Assembly (NCBI GenBank): GCA_002687275.1
Contig: NYZT01000001.1
Location: 1-58,052 of the forward strand
DNA length: 58,052 bases
Reading direction: 5' to 3'
Source: Candidatus Woesearchaeota archaeon
GTDB lineage: Archaea > Nanobdellota > Nanobdellia > Woesearchaeales > ARS49
The position numbers and the translations under genes are program-made. The notes beneath the pieces were generated by a model. The model saw nothing but the letters and a program-made list of their open reading frames with translations. It was not told where the DNA came from and searched no databases. Position 1 is the first letter of the stretch. Each line of letters starts with the position of its first letter. Shown here piece by piece: positions 41,746 to 51,416 of this stretch.

Positions 41746-43281
41746 TTAAAGATTCCTCACGTACGCTATCCCACCAATTAGTATCAGCAGACTCCCTATG
41801 CCAAAGAAGACGTATTGGTAGGTTTCGTGCGCAGGGAAGGTATCAGTGTGGGTGTTTAGGGTTGCGAACTCTAGGGCGTACTCTGCGAAGAGCAGGCTTG
41901 TTGTTGGGCTGTCTTCAGAAAGGCTCTCTGCGAGTTCGTAATAGCTGTAACCTATGATGGGGAAGACGCCTTTTGTCTGCCCTCGTGCGATTTCTTGGTT
42001 GACCACGTTAAGTTTTGTGCGTAGCACGCTGGGTAGTGCTTCCTCTCGGATGCCAATGACGCCCATGATTGCGTTGGCCTCTGCTTTTGCTTTGGATGCA
42101 GAGTAAAGACAATCGATGAAGTCCTCATCGGTGTGGAAGGTGTAGGCCTGGTCGAGGGTGGTGCGCACGGGTGTTGCCAGTGGCGGGGTTATAGACACGA
42201 CATAGCTGTACCGCTCTTCTGCCTCTGCTATTTTGTGCTGGCAGCCTTCTTTCAATCTTAGTATTTGTGGTGGGCTAGGAGTCCCTAAGAAGGTTGACCA
42301 TAGTTGTGCTGAGTACAGGCGTTGTTTTGCGTAAGCGAGATTGCTCTTGCTGCCGTTAAGGATGGCCTCTTTTGTCTCACGAATGCGCTCGTTAACCATC
42401 ATGATGGTTTGGACGTCTGTTAAGGATTGTATTTCATGCTGTAAGAGTTCTTGCTCAAACGTTTTGATATCTTTCTGGAGCAGGGAGGCATTTTCTTCTG
42501 TCGGGTTTGTTCTGGCGTTGGTTACGCGTGTTCGAAAGCAGGCGGATGCGGCTGCGTAGTATTTGCCATTGTTGAATTCTTCTGAGGAGTCAGCGCAGAG
42601 TCCTTCGGCTATTCGCTTCATTCTGTCTGCATACTCTGTATCAATGGTGAGCGAGATGTGCGGTCTTGCGTTGTAGTTAGGTAAAAAGTAGGGCAGTGCC
42701 TCTTCGATGGTTGCCACTTCGATTATTTTTAGGCCTATTTCCTTGCCGTACTGTATTGGATCGATGTCTACCCCTTGCTGATTTTGGGTTTTTGTTCCTG
42801 GAGGGATGAGCACGGTGGTGATGCCTTTTTTCTGTGCGGCTTCTATTTTTTCTAGCGTTCCTCCTACGGGTCCTATGGCGCCGCCGCTGTTGATGGTGCC
42901 TGTCATGGCAACATCGTCTTTGACGGGCTTGCCTTCTAGGGTTGCCACGGTTAGTATGGTGGCTACCGCTCCTGCGCTTGGCCCGCCAATTATTCCTGGT
43001 GGCGCTCTTACCGTGAAGAAGAAGTCTATTTTTTTGCAGTCTTTTTCTAGCACGCTGCAGGCTACCTGTTGGGCAAAGCGCATGCTGGTCTGGGTGGTCA
43101 CTCTAGTGAGAGGAAAGGTGTCTAGGAACACACGACCAGTGCCTCTCCGAGTTTCTAGCGTAAGTTCGGCTACGATGCCATCTCGTATCTCTCCTTGTTC
43201 GGTTAGCGCTAGTAGTGGTATGGTGTTGGCTAGCACAGGTGTGGCTAGCAGTACAAGTCCTAATAGTAGGTATAGTTTCAT
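41746..43281 (-). CDS. Secreted, C-terminally TM-anchored Lon-type (S16) serine-protease-domain protein without an ATPase
   Basis: The signal is MKLYLLLGLVLLATPVLA. The Lon proteolytic core is GGPSAGAVATILTVATLEGKPV...AMTGTINSGGAIGPVGGTLEKIEAAQKKG. A C-terminal TM is YVFFGIGSLLILIGGIAYV. The ATG at 43281 forms an ATGA overlap with the topA stop. Confidence 0.75.
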   Translation of the reverse strand: MKLYLLLGLVLLATPVLANTIPLLALTEQGEIRDGIVAELTLETRRGTGRVFLDTFPLTRVTTQTSMRFAQQVACSVLEKDCKKIDFFFTVRAPPGIIGGPSAGAVATILTVATLEGKPVKDDVAMTGTINSGGAIGPVGGTLEKIEAAQKKGITTVLIPPGTKTQNQQGVDIDPIQYGKEIGLKIIEVATIEEALPYFLPNYNARPHISLTIDTEYADRMKRIAEGLCADSSEEFNNGKYYAAASACFRTRVTNARTNPTEENASLLQKDIKTFEQELLQHEIQSLTDVQTIMMVNERIRETKEAILNGSKSNLAYAKQRLYSAQLWSTFLGTPSPPQILRLKEGCQHKIAEAEERYSYVVSITPPLATPVRTTLDQAYTFHTDEDFIDCLYSASKAKAEANAIMGVIGIREEALPSVLRTKLNVVNQEIARGQTKGVFPIIGYSYYELAESLSEDSPTTSLLFAEYALEFATLNTHTDTFPAHETYQYVFFGIGSLLILIGGIAYVRNL

Positions 43282-45413
43282 TCTGGTAGTTTTGCGGTGT
43301 GGAAGCATTTTGGGAATCGGTCACAAGCGATGAACGCTCCGTACATGCTTTTTCTGAGTATTTGGTTGCCTTCTTTGCACTTGGGGCATTTGCCCTTGAC
43401 CTCTACGTCTGCGCCTTTGGTCGGGCATTCTGAGTTCATGCACAGCTCTTGTGGTCGCTTTCGTTTTTTTATTACCTTGACAAAAGGATACTTGCATGCC
43501 TCGCAGGCTTTTTCTAGGCTCTGGATGAGGCCGTTTGCAGGTAGTTTTGACGTTGTCTCGCATTCTGGGTACTTGTTGCATGCTGCAAAACGTCCAAACT
43601 TTCCTTTGCGTATCATTAGCACACCATCACATTTTGGACAGTCCCCTAGCGTGTTCATCTCGTCTCGGGTGTTGGCGAAGGTTTGTTTGAGTTGTTCACC
43701 GATGTCTGCTTCTTTTTTTCCAAATTCTTTTAGTAGTTGGGTGAGCGCGCCTTGTGCCTCTTCTAGGACGTCTTCTTCTTTTTTCTTTTCTTCGCGTATT
43801 TGCTCCATCTCTTCTTCAAAATGTCTTGTTAGATCCTCGTCCACCATTTTGGGGCAGTACTTGTCTAGGACGTCGCATACGTGTACGCCTAGCTCGGTTG
43901 CCTCGAGGTGTTCTCCTTTGACGTAGCTTCTCATGACTAATCGGTCTACGATGTCTGCGCGTGTTGCTTTTGTTCCTAGATTCCTTTTTTCTAGTTCTTT
44001 TATGATGCTGCTTGGCGTGTAGCGTTTTGGTGGTGCGGTTTCTAGATCATGTTTGGTTATTTTTTTGATCTTGACCTCGTCTTTTTCTTTGAGTGAGGGT
44101 AGCTCTACCTCTTCTTGCTTGACGTAGGGCGCGTAGATGTCATGCCAGCCTTTTTCGATGGTTCTTGTTCCTTTGGCTATGAAGAGTTCTTGGTTGACGT
44201 TTAAGGTTAGCGTCACGGTCTCTCTTTTTGCGATCTTTCCAAAGCTTGCCAGGAATCTTTTTACTATCAGGTCATACACTTTTAGGTTTCGTCCGTCTAG
44301 CGCGCGAGGTATGCTGCCTGTGGGATAGATGGCGGGGTGTGCTGGATCGGTTTTTTTGCCGTTGTGGGGTGTTGGTCCGGTTAGTTTTACTAAGTCACCG
44401 TATTTCTTTTCAAGTTTTTTCTTGATGCTTGCGTAGCCTATTGCTACGGGCAGTTGCTGCGAGCTAGTTCTTGGGTAGGAGATGTAGCCGGAGGTGTAGA
44501 GATCTTGGGCGATGCTTAATGTTGCTTTGGGGTTGATGCCAAAGCAGCGGTAGCTTTCTGTTTGTAGCGTTGTTAGATCAAAGGGGTGTGGGGGTTGTTG
44601 GGTGTACTGTCTTTGGGCGGTCTTGTCAACGATGGCTTTTTTCTGTCCTTTTGTGTTTGCAAGGATTTCCTTGGCTTCTTTTTCTTTCCAGATCTTGTCT
44701 GCTTGGTGCCAGGCGCTGAACTCTTTGGTTACTAGTTCTACCTTCCAGAAGGGTGTTGCGGTAAAGTCTTGGATGCTTTTTTCTCTGTCGACTAATATCT
44801 TTAGGGCGGGTCCTTGGACTCTGCCCGCGCTTAGGATCTTGAACATGCCTGCTTTTTTTATAGCGGTGGTGAGCGCTCGCGACATGTTGATGCCGTAGTA
44901 ATAATCTAAGAAGTGTCGTGTCTCGCCTGCGAGGGCTAGCCCCCAGTCAAGGGTTGGTGATGCCTCGGCGTATGCTTTTCGTAGGTCGTCGGTTGTCAGT
45001 GTGGAGAACCGCATTCTTTTGGCGTCTTTTCGTTTGCACACGTAGCGAACGATGTTCAACCCTATGACCTCTCCTTCGGTGTCTAGGTCTGTGCCGACAA
45101 CGACGTCGTCAGCATCTTTTGCTAGCTTTTTTAGCACTTTTAGGTACTTGTCTGAGAAGGCGCTTTTCTTGGAGACGTCTTTTAGTTCTGTCCATTGGAT
45201 GTCAAAGACAGGGTATTGCATGCCACCTTTCTTTTTTTGTGCTAGCCCGTAGAGGTGGCCGGCGCTACAGCCCACGACGATATCCTTGTCATCTTTGGTT
45301 ATTTTGTAGTAAGCCACCTTGTTGATGGTGCCTTTTACTGGCTTTCCGTCAGCCAGGGCCTCTGCTATCTTTTTTGCTGCAGCTGGCTTCTCACTCACCA
45401 CAAGAGTGTACAT
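43278..45413 (-). CDS. topA: Type IA DNA topoisomerase
   Basis: The Toprim N-terminus is LVVSEKPAAAKKIAEAL...GTDLDTEGE. The catalytic region is ISYPRTSS. Three C-terminal Zn ribbons follow: CPKCDG...CNKYPEC, CEAC and CPKCKEG...CDRFPKC. Confidence 0.9.
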   Translation of the reverse strand: MYTLVVSEKPAAAKKIAEALADGKPVKGTINKVAYYKITKDDKDIVVGCSAGHLYGLAQKKKGGMQYPVFDIQWTELKDVSKKSAFSDKYLKVLKKLAKDADDVVVGTDLDTEGEVIGLNIVRYVCKRKDAKRMRFSTLTTDDLRKAYAEASPTLDWGLALAGETRHFLDYYYGINMSRALTTAIKKAGMFKILSAGRVQGPALKILVDREKSIQDFTATPFWKVELVTKEFSAWHQADKIWKEKEAKEILANTKGQKKAIVDKTAQRQYTQQPPHPFDLTTLQTESYRCFGINPKATLSIAQDLYTSGYISYPRTSSQQLPVAIGYASIKKKLEKKYGDLVKLTGPTPHNGKKTDPAHPAIYPTGSIPRALDGRNLKVYDLIVKRFLASFGKIAKRETVTLTLNVNQELFIAKGTRTIEKGWHDIYAPYVKQEEVELPSLKEKDEVKIKKITKHDLETAPPKRYTPSSIIKELEKRNLGTKATRADIVDRLVMRSYVKGEHLEATELGVHVCDVLDKYCPKMVDEDLTRHFEEEMEQIREEKKKEEDVLEEAQGALTQLLKEFGKKEADIGEQLKQTFANTRDEMNTLGDCPKCDGVLMIRKGKFGRFAACNKYPECETTSKLPANGLIQSLEKACEACKYPFVKVIKKRKRPQELCMNSECPTKGADVEVKGKCPKCKEGNQILRKSMYGAFIACDRFPKCFHTAKLPE

Positions 45414-45529
45414 GTTTAAAAATATTCGAGGGGGGTTTAAAAGCCTGCTCGACAGGTCCCCTAACGACTATGACTTAAATGTCACACTTTAAGACAACCT
45501 TTATATATGATGTGTAAATCACACTTAGC

Positions 45530-46291
45530 ATGATAGACAGAGCAAAGGCAAGAGGTAACACCAGAACAAGACGTAGCACCTTTGATGAGGAATACGCACT
45601 ATTACGACAGGAGGCAGCCCCTGTCACAGATTACGATCATCGATCAGTGGGCCTTGCAGAGGATGCCCGACAGTTCGCAGACGCATTCCTGTCCTGGTAC
45701 AACCGGGATGGAGCAGCTTTTGATAGCTACATGAGCTCTAACGGTTATGAAAACACCGAACTCCAAGCCATGGGCTCAAGAGACATGGGCGACAGGGCCA
45801 TTGCCGGGCTGTACAGGAACGACCAGGACAGCGAACTCTACAGCAATGGAATGATGCCTTTTGAAGACAAAGTACAACTAATGCAATCTCGCTACCGCAT
45901 CAACGATCATGGTGAGGAAAGGTCGCCTAGTTCGAGAGCGGTGCGAGATTATCTTGTCATGCACGAATGGCGCCACAAATGGCAAAAAATAAATCCTAAG
46001 GACAGCGAGCAGAGCGTCGAGCTAGAGAACGAGCGAGGCATCATCGACGCGGCAAACTACCTAAAAAGTCAGACGCGCGATCCAGAGGCACACGAGCATT
46101 ACGATGAGGTCATCGCTATCGCGCAAGAGCGCGAGTACGAGATCATCCACGGAACATCAGACTACAGCAAGGACGCACTAGAAGATGTCGTGGGCCCACA
46201 TAACGCGTACGAGACAAGCAAGATGGATAGGTCCTCGCATCCTGGCAACAGTCCTAGCTGGGCTTCGTTTAGCCAGAGCGACTACAATTAG
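45530..46291 (+). CDS. Hypothetical protein with an HExxH motif
   Basis: 253-aa ORF with a TATA ~26 nt upstream. LVMHEWRHKW contains HEWRH. There is no other family evidence. Confidence 0.55.
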   Translation: MIDRAKARGNTRTRRSTFDEEYALLRQEAAPVTDYDHRSVGLAEDARQFADAFLSWYNRDGAAFDSYMSSNGYENTELQAMGSRDMGDRAIAGLYRNDQDSELYSNGMMPFEDKVQLMQSRYRINDHGEERSPSSRAVRDYLVMHEWRHKWQKINPKDSEQSVELENERGIIDAANYLKSQTRDPEAHEHYDEVIAIAQEREYEIIHGTSDYSKDALEDVVGPHNAYETSKMDRSSHPGNSPSWASFSQSDYN

Positions 46292-46327
46292 GGCTTGTCA
46301 ACGTAGCCTTTGATTGGCCTGAGCTTG

Positions 46328-48049
46328 TTACGCACGGCCACGCTGGCCCTTGTACAACTTCTCTACCTCTTTTCGGTCTGCAATGTCGTGGGGGCCGCGG
46401 TCTTCGCGCAGGCGCACGAATCTGGGGAAGCGTAGGGCGTAGCCTGAGGCATAGGTAGGGCTTTTTTGTATCTCTTCGTAGTTTATCTCGACCACGATCT
46501 TTGGTTTTGTTTTTACTGACTTTCCTTTCTCTTCTAGCACCAAGGGTTTGAGGAGTTCTGTCATCTCGCCAAAGCTCAGGCCCTCTTCGGGTTTTTCTTT
46601 GATGCCCGTGCCCATCTTGCCTATCTCTAAATACCCATCTCCGTCTCGGATTGCGAGCGTGAAGCTGGCCAGCCACTTGCTTCTTTTACCTTCGCCCCAC
46701 TCTGCACCAACAATAACGCATTCTAGTGTTTCCATCACGGGCTTTACTTTCACGCCAAAGCCAACACGAGAGCCTGGCTTGTAGCCGCTCTCCAGGTTTT
46801 TCATCATCACTCCTTCGTTGCCTGCTTGCAAGCTCTTTTCGTAGAACGCTGTCGCTTGCTTCTCATCATCCGTAACGAGTTGTTCTGCTGGCTTGATGAA
46901 CTTTGTTGGCTTGATGGTCTTCTCGATGAGCTTTCTTCGTTCTTGGAATGGCGTCTGGACGAGCGCCTGGCCATCCAACTCTAGCATGTCGAAGACGCAG
47001 ACACAAACGGGTAACTCTTTTGCCATCTTGGCGATGTCGTATTTTCTTTTGATTCTTTGGCTCATGTGCTGGAAGGCGATGTACTGTCCTTTCTTTAGCC
47101 CTACTGCCTCTGCGTCTAGTATGCATTCTTTTGCTCTTACATGGTCCTGCACGAGCTTGACAACATCGGGAAATTGTTTTGTCACGTTCTCCATTCTGCG
47201 GGTAAATATTTTGACGTCTTTTTTCTTGTGGATTTGCATCCTAAACCCGTCGTATTTGTACTCTATTGCTGCGGGCCTGCCCACGGTTTTGAATGCGTCT
47301 TTGATGTCTTGGGCTTTTTGGTAGAGCATGACTTTTAGCGGCTTGCCCACGGTCATCTTTGTTTTATCCAATCCTTTGATGCCCTCTTTTTTTAGCAATT
47401 GTGCCACCGTGCCAAAATCGTTACTAACATCGTAGGCTGACTGGACGACCTCTACCACTTGCGTATACTTCTCTCTATCAACGTCGATCTTTTTGCCGTC
47501 ATATTTTGGGTCCATGACATACGCCCACACCAAAGCATCACGTATGGTGCTGTCCCCCACGCCTGCGCGAAGGTCGGATAACACCGTTCGGATAACATAG
47601 CGAGCCTCTAAGGGTGATGCCTGACTGAGTAGTTCTGCTATGAGCTTTACCTTTCTGTCTACTGTTCCTTGTCCCTCCATGCTTGCCAGTTTTTGGAGGT
47701 TGTCAAACACTTTCTGCACGGTAAGATGCGAACTAACAAGCGTGGACTGGCTTTTTTTCTGTACGACCTCTGCTGCGGCCTTGCCTAGGTCTCCGGTTTT
47801 TTTCCATAAGGTCTCTACTTGGGAGGTTGTTTTGCCGCTTGCCACAACGATTGCCTTCACTGCTAGCTGTGAGGCCACGCCTATCTCTCTTTCATCTCCA
47901 GGCATGAACACCCTGCCTTGTAGGAGTAGTAGCACTCTTGGCAGGTCTGTCACGTTCTTAAGAAAGTCTGCCAATCGTTTGGTCTTTTCTAGTCGTGAAC
48001 TGACTGATTCTAGCTGTTCATACGCCTCAGCGAGGTTTTGGTAGCGCAC
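46328..48049 (-). CDS. lig: ATP-dependent DNA ligase
   Basis: Motif I is EYKYDGFRMQIH, followed by ILDAEAV and EGVMMK. The C-terminal OB domain contains LRFPRFVRLREDR. The start is GTG. Confidence 0.9.
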   Translation of the reverse strand: MRYQNLAEAYEQLESVSSRLEKTKRLADFLKNVTDLPRVLLLLQGRVFMPGDEREIGVASQLAVKAIVVASGKTTSQVETLWKKTGDLGKAAAEVVQKKSQSTLVSSHLTVQKVFDNLQKLASMEGQGTVDRKVKLIAELLSQASPLEARYVIRTVLSDLRAGVGDSTIRDALVWAYVMDPKYDGKKIDVDREKYTQVVEVVQSAYDVSNDFGTVAQLLKKEGIKGLDKTKMTVGKPLKVMLYQKAQDIKDAFKTVGRPAAIEYKYDGFRMQIHKKKDVKIFTRRMENVTKQFPDVVKLVQDHVRAKECILDAEAVGLKKGQYIAFQHMSQRIKRKYDIAKMAKELPVCVCVFDMLELDGQALVQTPFQERRKLIEKTIKPTKFIKPAEQLVTDDEKQATAFYEKSLQAGNEGVMMKNLESGYKPGSRVGFGVKVKPVMETLECVIVGAEWGEGKRSKWLASFTLAIRDGDGYLEIGKMGTGIKEKPEEGLSFGEMTELLKPLVLEEKGKSVKTKPKIVVEINYEEIQKSPTYASGYALRFPRFVRLREDRGPHDIADRKEVEKLYKGQRGRA

Positions 48050-48138
48050 GTCGTTCTTAGACTTTCTTCCTTTAAAAACCTATGGAGCTCGTAAAGTACG
48101 TACTCAAATGTTATATCGCGTTGGTTGGCAATAGAGGT

Positions 48139-48414
48139 ATGTCAGACCTCATTGACACCTATGTACAGCTATGTGATGAGTACCGCGAAAAGGAGATTCC
48201 TGTGCTCACCCAAGAAGACATTCCTACTCATGCAGAATGGGAGCATGCCGAGCCTGTGAGGAGTATGCGTAAGCACGCAAAGAAAACGCACGTTCTTGAC
48301 TCACTTAAGAACCGCTTTTCGATAGCGCATGCCCCCGTCCTGCAGCACAAGCACGAACCACAAAGAAAGGACGTGGTTATTAACTTGTTAAAGCATAACT
48401 TTAAAATGAACTAG
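48139..48414 (+). CDS. Hypothetical small protein
   Basis: The track ORF is 48082-48414. The TATA at ~48070 fits the divergent lig gene better. The ATG at 48139 has a weak gttatatcg box ~25 nt upstream. Confidence 0.4.
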   Translation: MSDLIDTYVQLCDEYREKEIPVLTQEDIPTHAEWEHAEPVRSMRKHAKKTHVLDSLKNRFSIAHAPVLQHKHEPQRKDVVINLLKHNFKMN

Positions 48415-48428
48415 TTTTTTGTAAGAGC

Positions 48429-49706
48429 ATGACTCTGTTTGACAACGCTCTGAAGCAATTCCACAAGAGTCTAAAATTTCTAGAATTTAGCGATGACGCC
48501 GTCAAGATCATGTCCCAGCCTAAGGAAATAATCCAGGCAAGCATTCCTATCCGAAAAGATGATGGCTCCTTGGAAGTATTTACTGGCTTTCGCGTCCACC
48601 ACAACGACGTGCTCGGGCCAACCAAGGGAGGCATTCGCTTCCACCCAGACGTTTCCTTGGACGAGGTACAATCCTTAGCGTTCTGGATGACGTTCAAGTG
48701 CGCCTGCGTTGGCATACCGTTTGGTGGCGGCAAGGGAGGCGTCATTGTCGATCCAAAAAAACTATCCCGACAAGAATTAGAACGGCTCAGCAGGGGCTAT
48801 GTCAGAGCTGTGTACGATTTCATCGGCCCAGACCAGGACATTCCTGCACCAGACATCTACACGAACGAGATGATCATGGGATGGATGGCAGACGAGTACT
48901 CCAAGATGAGCAGAAAGCTCACGCCCGCAGTGATCACAGGCAAGCCAGTCATGCTTGGCGGCAGCAAAGGAAGAGATGTCGCCACGGCCAAAGGCGCGTA
49001 TTATGTTATCAAAGAATACGTCAAGAAAGCAAAACTAAAAGAAAAAGGAATGAGGGTTGCCGTCCAGGGCTTTGGCAACGCAGGCTACCACATCGCAAGA
49101 TTCCTTCATGACGATGGCTACAAGATCGTAGCACTTTCTGACAGCAAAGGAGGCATTTACTCCAAAAAAGGTCTTGATCCGGTTGCCGTCATGGAAGGCA
49201 AGCAAGGCAAGGGCGAGATGGAAGGCGTGTACTGCCAGGACAGCGTGTGCAAGGTAATACCTCACGACAAGATAACCAACGAAGAACTCCTAGAACTAGA
49301 GTGTGATTTACTCATCCCCAGTGCGATAGAAAACCAGCTAACAAAAAATAACGCAGCCACGATCAAAGCCAAGCTTGTCTGCGAGATTGCCAACGGGCCC
49401 ACCACGCCAGAGGCGGATGACATCCTTCACGATAGGAAAATCACGGTCATTCCCGACATTCTAGCAAACGCTGGAGGCGTCACGGTCTCCTATTTTGAGT
49501 GGGTACAAAACCGAGCAGGCTATTACTGGACAGAAGAGGAAGTGTTCGACAAGCTCAAGCCCATCATGGTCAAGGCGTTTGCTGAAGTGTACGACACCAT
49601 GAAAGACCTAAAGATAGACATGCGCACGGCAGCCTACGTGGTGGCCTCAAAACGAATCATTGAGGCTATCGAAACAAAAGGCACCAAAGCTTACTTCCGG
49701 CAATAG
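48429..49706 (+). CDS. gdhA: Glutamate dehydrogenase
   Basis: GPTKGGIRFHP, GIPFGGGKGG and VQGFGNAGY are present. The length is 425 aa. Confidence 0.9.
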   Translation: MTLFDNALKQFHKSLKFLEFSDDAVKIMSQPKEIIQASIPIRKDDGSLEVFTGFRVHHNDVLGPTKGGIRFHPDVSLDEVQSLAFWMTFKCACVGIPFGGGKGGVIVDPKKLSRQELERLSRGYVRAVYDFIGPDQDIPAPDIYTNEMIMGWMADEYSKMSRKLTPAVITGKPVMLGGSKGRDVATAKGAYYVIKEYVKKAKLKEKGMRVAVQGFGNAGYHIARFLHDDGYKIVALSDSKGGIYSKKGLDPVAVMEGKQGKGEMEGVYCQDSVCKVIPHDKITNEELLELECDLLIPSAIENQLTKNNAATIKAKLVCEIANGPTTPEADDILHDRKITVIPDILANAGGVTVSYFEWVQNRAGYYWTEEEVFDKLKPIMVKAFAEVYDTMKDLKIDMRTAAYVVASKRIIEAIETKGTKAYFRQ

Positions 49707-49752
49707 GCCAATTCGCAATATTTAAATAGACTTAGTCTTAGCTTTAACGTGC

Positions 49753-50547
49753 ATGGCACACACTATCGGGGTTATCTCTATAAAGGGCGGTTGCGGCAAG
49801 ACCACCGTCGTTTCTAACATCGCCGCAATCATGGCAAACGAGTTCAACAAGAAGGTGTTGGCCGTGGACGCAAACTTCTCCAGCCCAAACCTAGGCCTAC
49901 ACCTAGGCATCATCAACCCAAAAAAGACCATAAATGACGTTTTGAATGACAAGTGCAGTCCCTTTGACCCCATCATCGAGCACGATTTTGGGTTTGACCT
50001 CTTACCTGCTTCATTAGGAGCCAAAAAAACAAGTCCTAACAGGCTGAAAAACAAGCTGCACATACTCAAAGACAACTACGATTTTATTGTTATTGATTCC
50101 AGTCCGAATCTGAATGACGAGATGCTAGCCACCATGATGGCGGCAGACAAGTTGTTAGTGGTCTCTAGCCCAGACTATCCAACCCTAAGTTGTACCATGC
50201 ACGCCACAAAGATAGCGGTAGGGAAGAAGACCCCCATCGCAGGCATCGTGCTCAACAAGATGTACAACAAGCAGTTCGAGCTCACGATTGATGACGTGGA
50301 GGATGCCACCAAGGTGCCCGTGCTCGCAGCCCTGCCACACGACGTTAACGTCATGCACGCGCTATCCCAGACCGCGCCAGCATCCATCTACTATCCCAAA
50401 AAAGAGTTAGGGGTGGAGTATAGAAAACTCGTTGGCTCCCTGATCAACGAAGACTATCAAGATCCTAGATTGCTAAAGCGCCTGTTTTCAAGACCCAACA
50501 AGGTAGACGAAAACAGGGAGCTTTTGAGGGGCACATGGAAACCCTAG
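49753..50547 (+). CDS. minD: MinD/ParA-family P-loop ATPase (archaeal MinD-like)
   Basis: The deviant Walker A is IGVISIKGGCGKTTVVSN and Walker B is FIVIDSSP. Confidence 0.75.
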   Translation: MAHTIGVISIKGGCGKTTVVSNIAAIMANEFNKKVLAVDANFSSPNLGLHLGIINPKKTINDVLNDKCSPFDPIIEHDFGFDLLPASLGAKKTSPNRLKNKLHILKDNYDFIVIDSSPNLNDEMLATMMAADKLLVVSSPDYPTLSCTMHATKIAVGKKTPIAGIVLNKMYNKQFELTIDDVEDATKVPVLAALPHDVNVMHALSQTAPASIYYPKKELGVEYRKLVGSLINEDYQDPRLLKRLFSRPNKVDENRELLRGTWKP

Positions 50548-51158
50548 AGTGTATAAGGACAAGACGAAGCATACGGGCCTACACAGACCAGCAAGTAGAG
50601 ATGGAAAAGATAGGCAACGTCTTAGACGCGGGAAGGTTAGCACCCAGCGCAGGCAACCTCCAAGCCTGGAAGTTCATTCTGGTCACTAGCGACTCTTCAA
50701 GAAAAGCCATAGCAGAAGCGTGCATGCAGCAGTTCTGGATGGAACAAGCACCCATCCACATCATAATATGCTCTGAGAGAGAAAAGGTAGAAAGAATGTA
50801 TGATAAAAAAGAAGTTCTGTACTCTACCCAGAACTGTGCGGTTGCAGCAGAAAACATGCTGCTGGCTGCTCACGATCAAGGCCTGGGCGCGTGCCTCGTA
50901 TGTGCCATCGAAGAGGCGGCGGTTAGAAGGCTCATGAAGCTTCCTGACAGCGTCGTGCCCGAGGCCATTATTACTCTTGGTTATGCGGATGAGGAACCCG
51001 AACCCGTGCCAAAGTACTATATAGATAACGTGACGTTCATAGAGAAGTGGGGTAACAGAGTTACGGACATGGCCGAGTTCCTAGGCTACCACAGCCACAA
51101 GATCCCTGAAACAATAAAGCAGGTCAAGAAAGCTATAAAGAAGAAGCTTAAGAAGTAA
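50535..51158 (+). CDS. Nitroreductase-family flavoprotein
   Basis: IRTRRSIRAYTDQ and RLAPSAGNLQAWKFILV are typical of the family. It overlaps minD by 13 nt. Confidence 0.8.
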   Translation: METLECIRTRRSIRAYTDQQVEMEKIGNVLDAGRLAPSAGNLQAWKFILVTSDSSRKAIAEACMQQFWMEQAPIHIIICSEREKVERMYDKKEVLYSTQNCAVAAENMLLAAHDQGLGACLVCAIEEAAVRRLMKLPDSVVPEAIITLGYADEEPEPVPKYYIDNVTFIEKWGNRVTDMAEFLGYHSHKIPETIKQVKKAIKKKLKK

Positions 51159-51159
51159 C

Positions 51160-51390
51160 TCATTCGCTGATGCCGTAATCCTTAGGGTCCAGGGGCTCTG
51201 CCTCTTGCGCGCACGTGTCAGATTGTTGCAGTGCTAGCGATGAGAACACTCCCACTCGGGCGGGAATATCGCCTGATTCCTCCAGGTCTTGTCTTAGCAT
51301 AGCGTCCAGACCTGGATGGTAACCCCCACAGCCTCCGTGGGCTAGTAGTGATCCAGTAATTTCTGGTGTGGCGCCGCGCATAACCCCCAA
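51160..51390 (-). CDS. Hypothetical small protein (76 aa)
   Basis: ORF packed between two genes and co-directional with the upstream methyltransferase. No domain recognised. Confidence 0.3.
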   Translation of the reverse strand: MGVMRGATPEITGSLLAHGGCGGYHPGLDAMLRQDLEESGDIPARVGVFSSLALQQSDTCAQEAEPLDPKDYGISE

Positions 51391-51416
51391 AAACAGCGTA
51401 ATAATAAAAATCTTGC

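Noticed and set aside
42806-43926. Plus-strand ORFs 42806-43333 (175 aa) and 43297-43926 (209 aa)
   Set aside because: They are antisense to the Lon-like and topA genes and have a Ser/Pro-rich shadow composition.
51160-51390. Precursor-peptide (RiPP) interpretation of the 76-aa ORF downstream of a methyltransferase
   Set aside because: There is no recognisable leader/core organisation, no cyclase or dehydratase or other maturation gene nearby, and even the coding status is uncertain.
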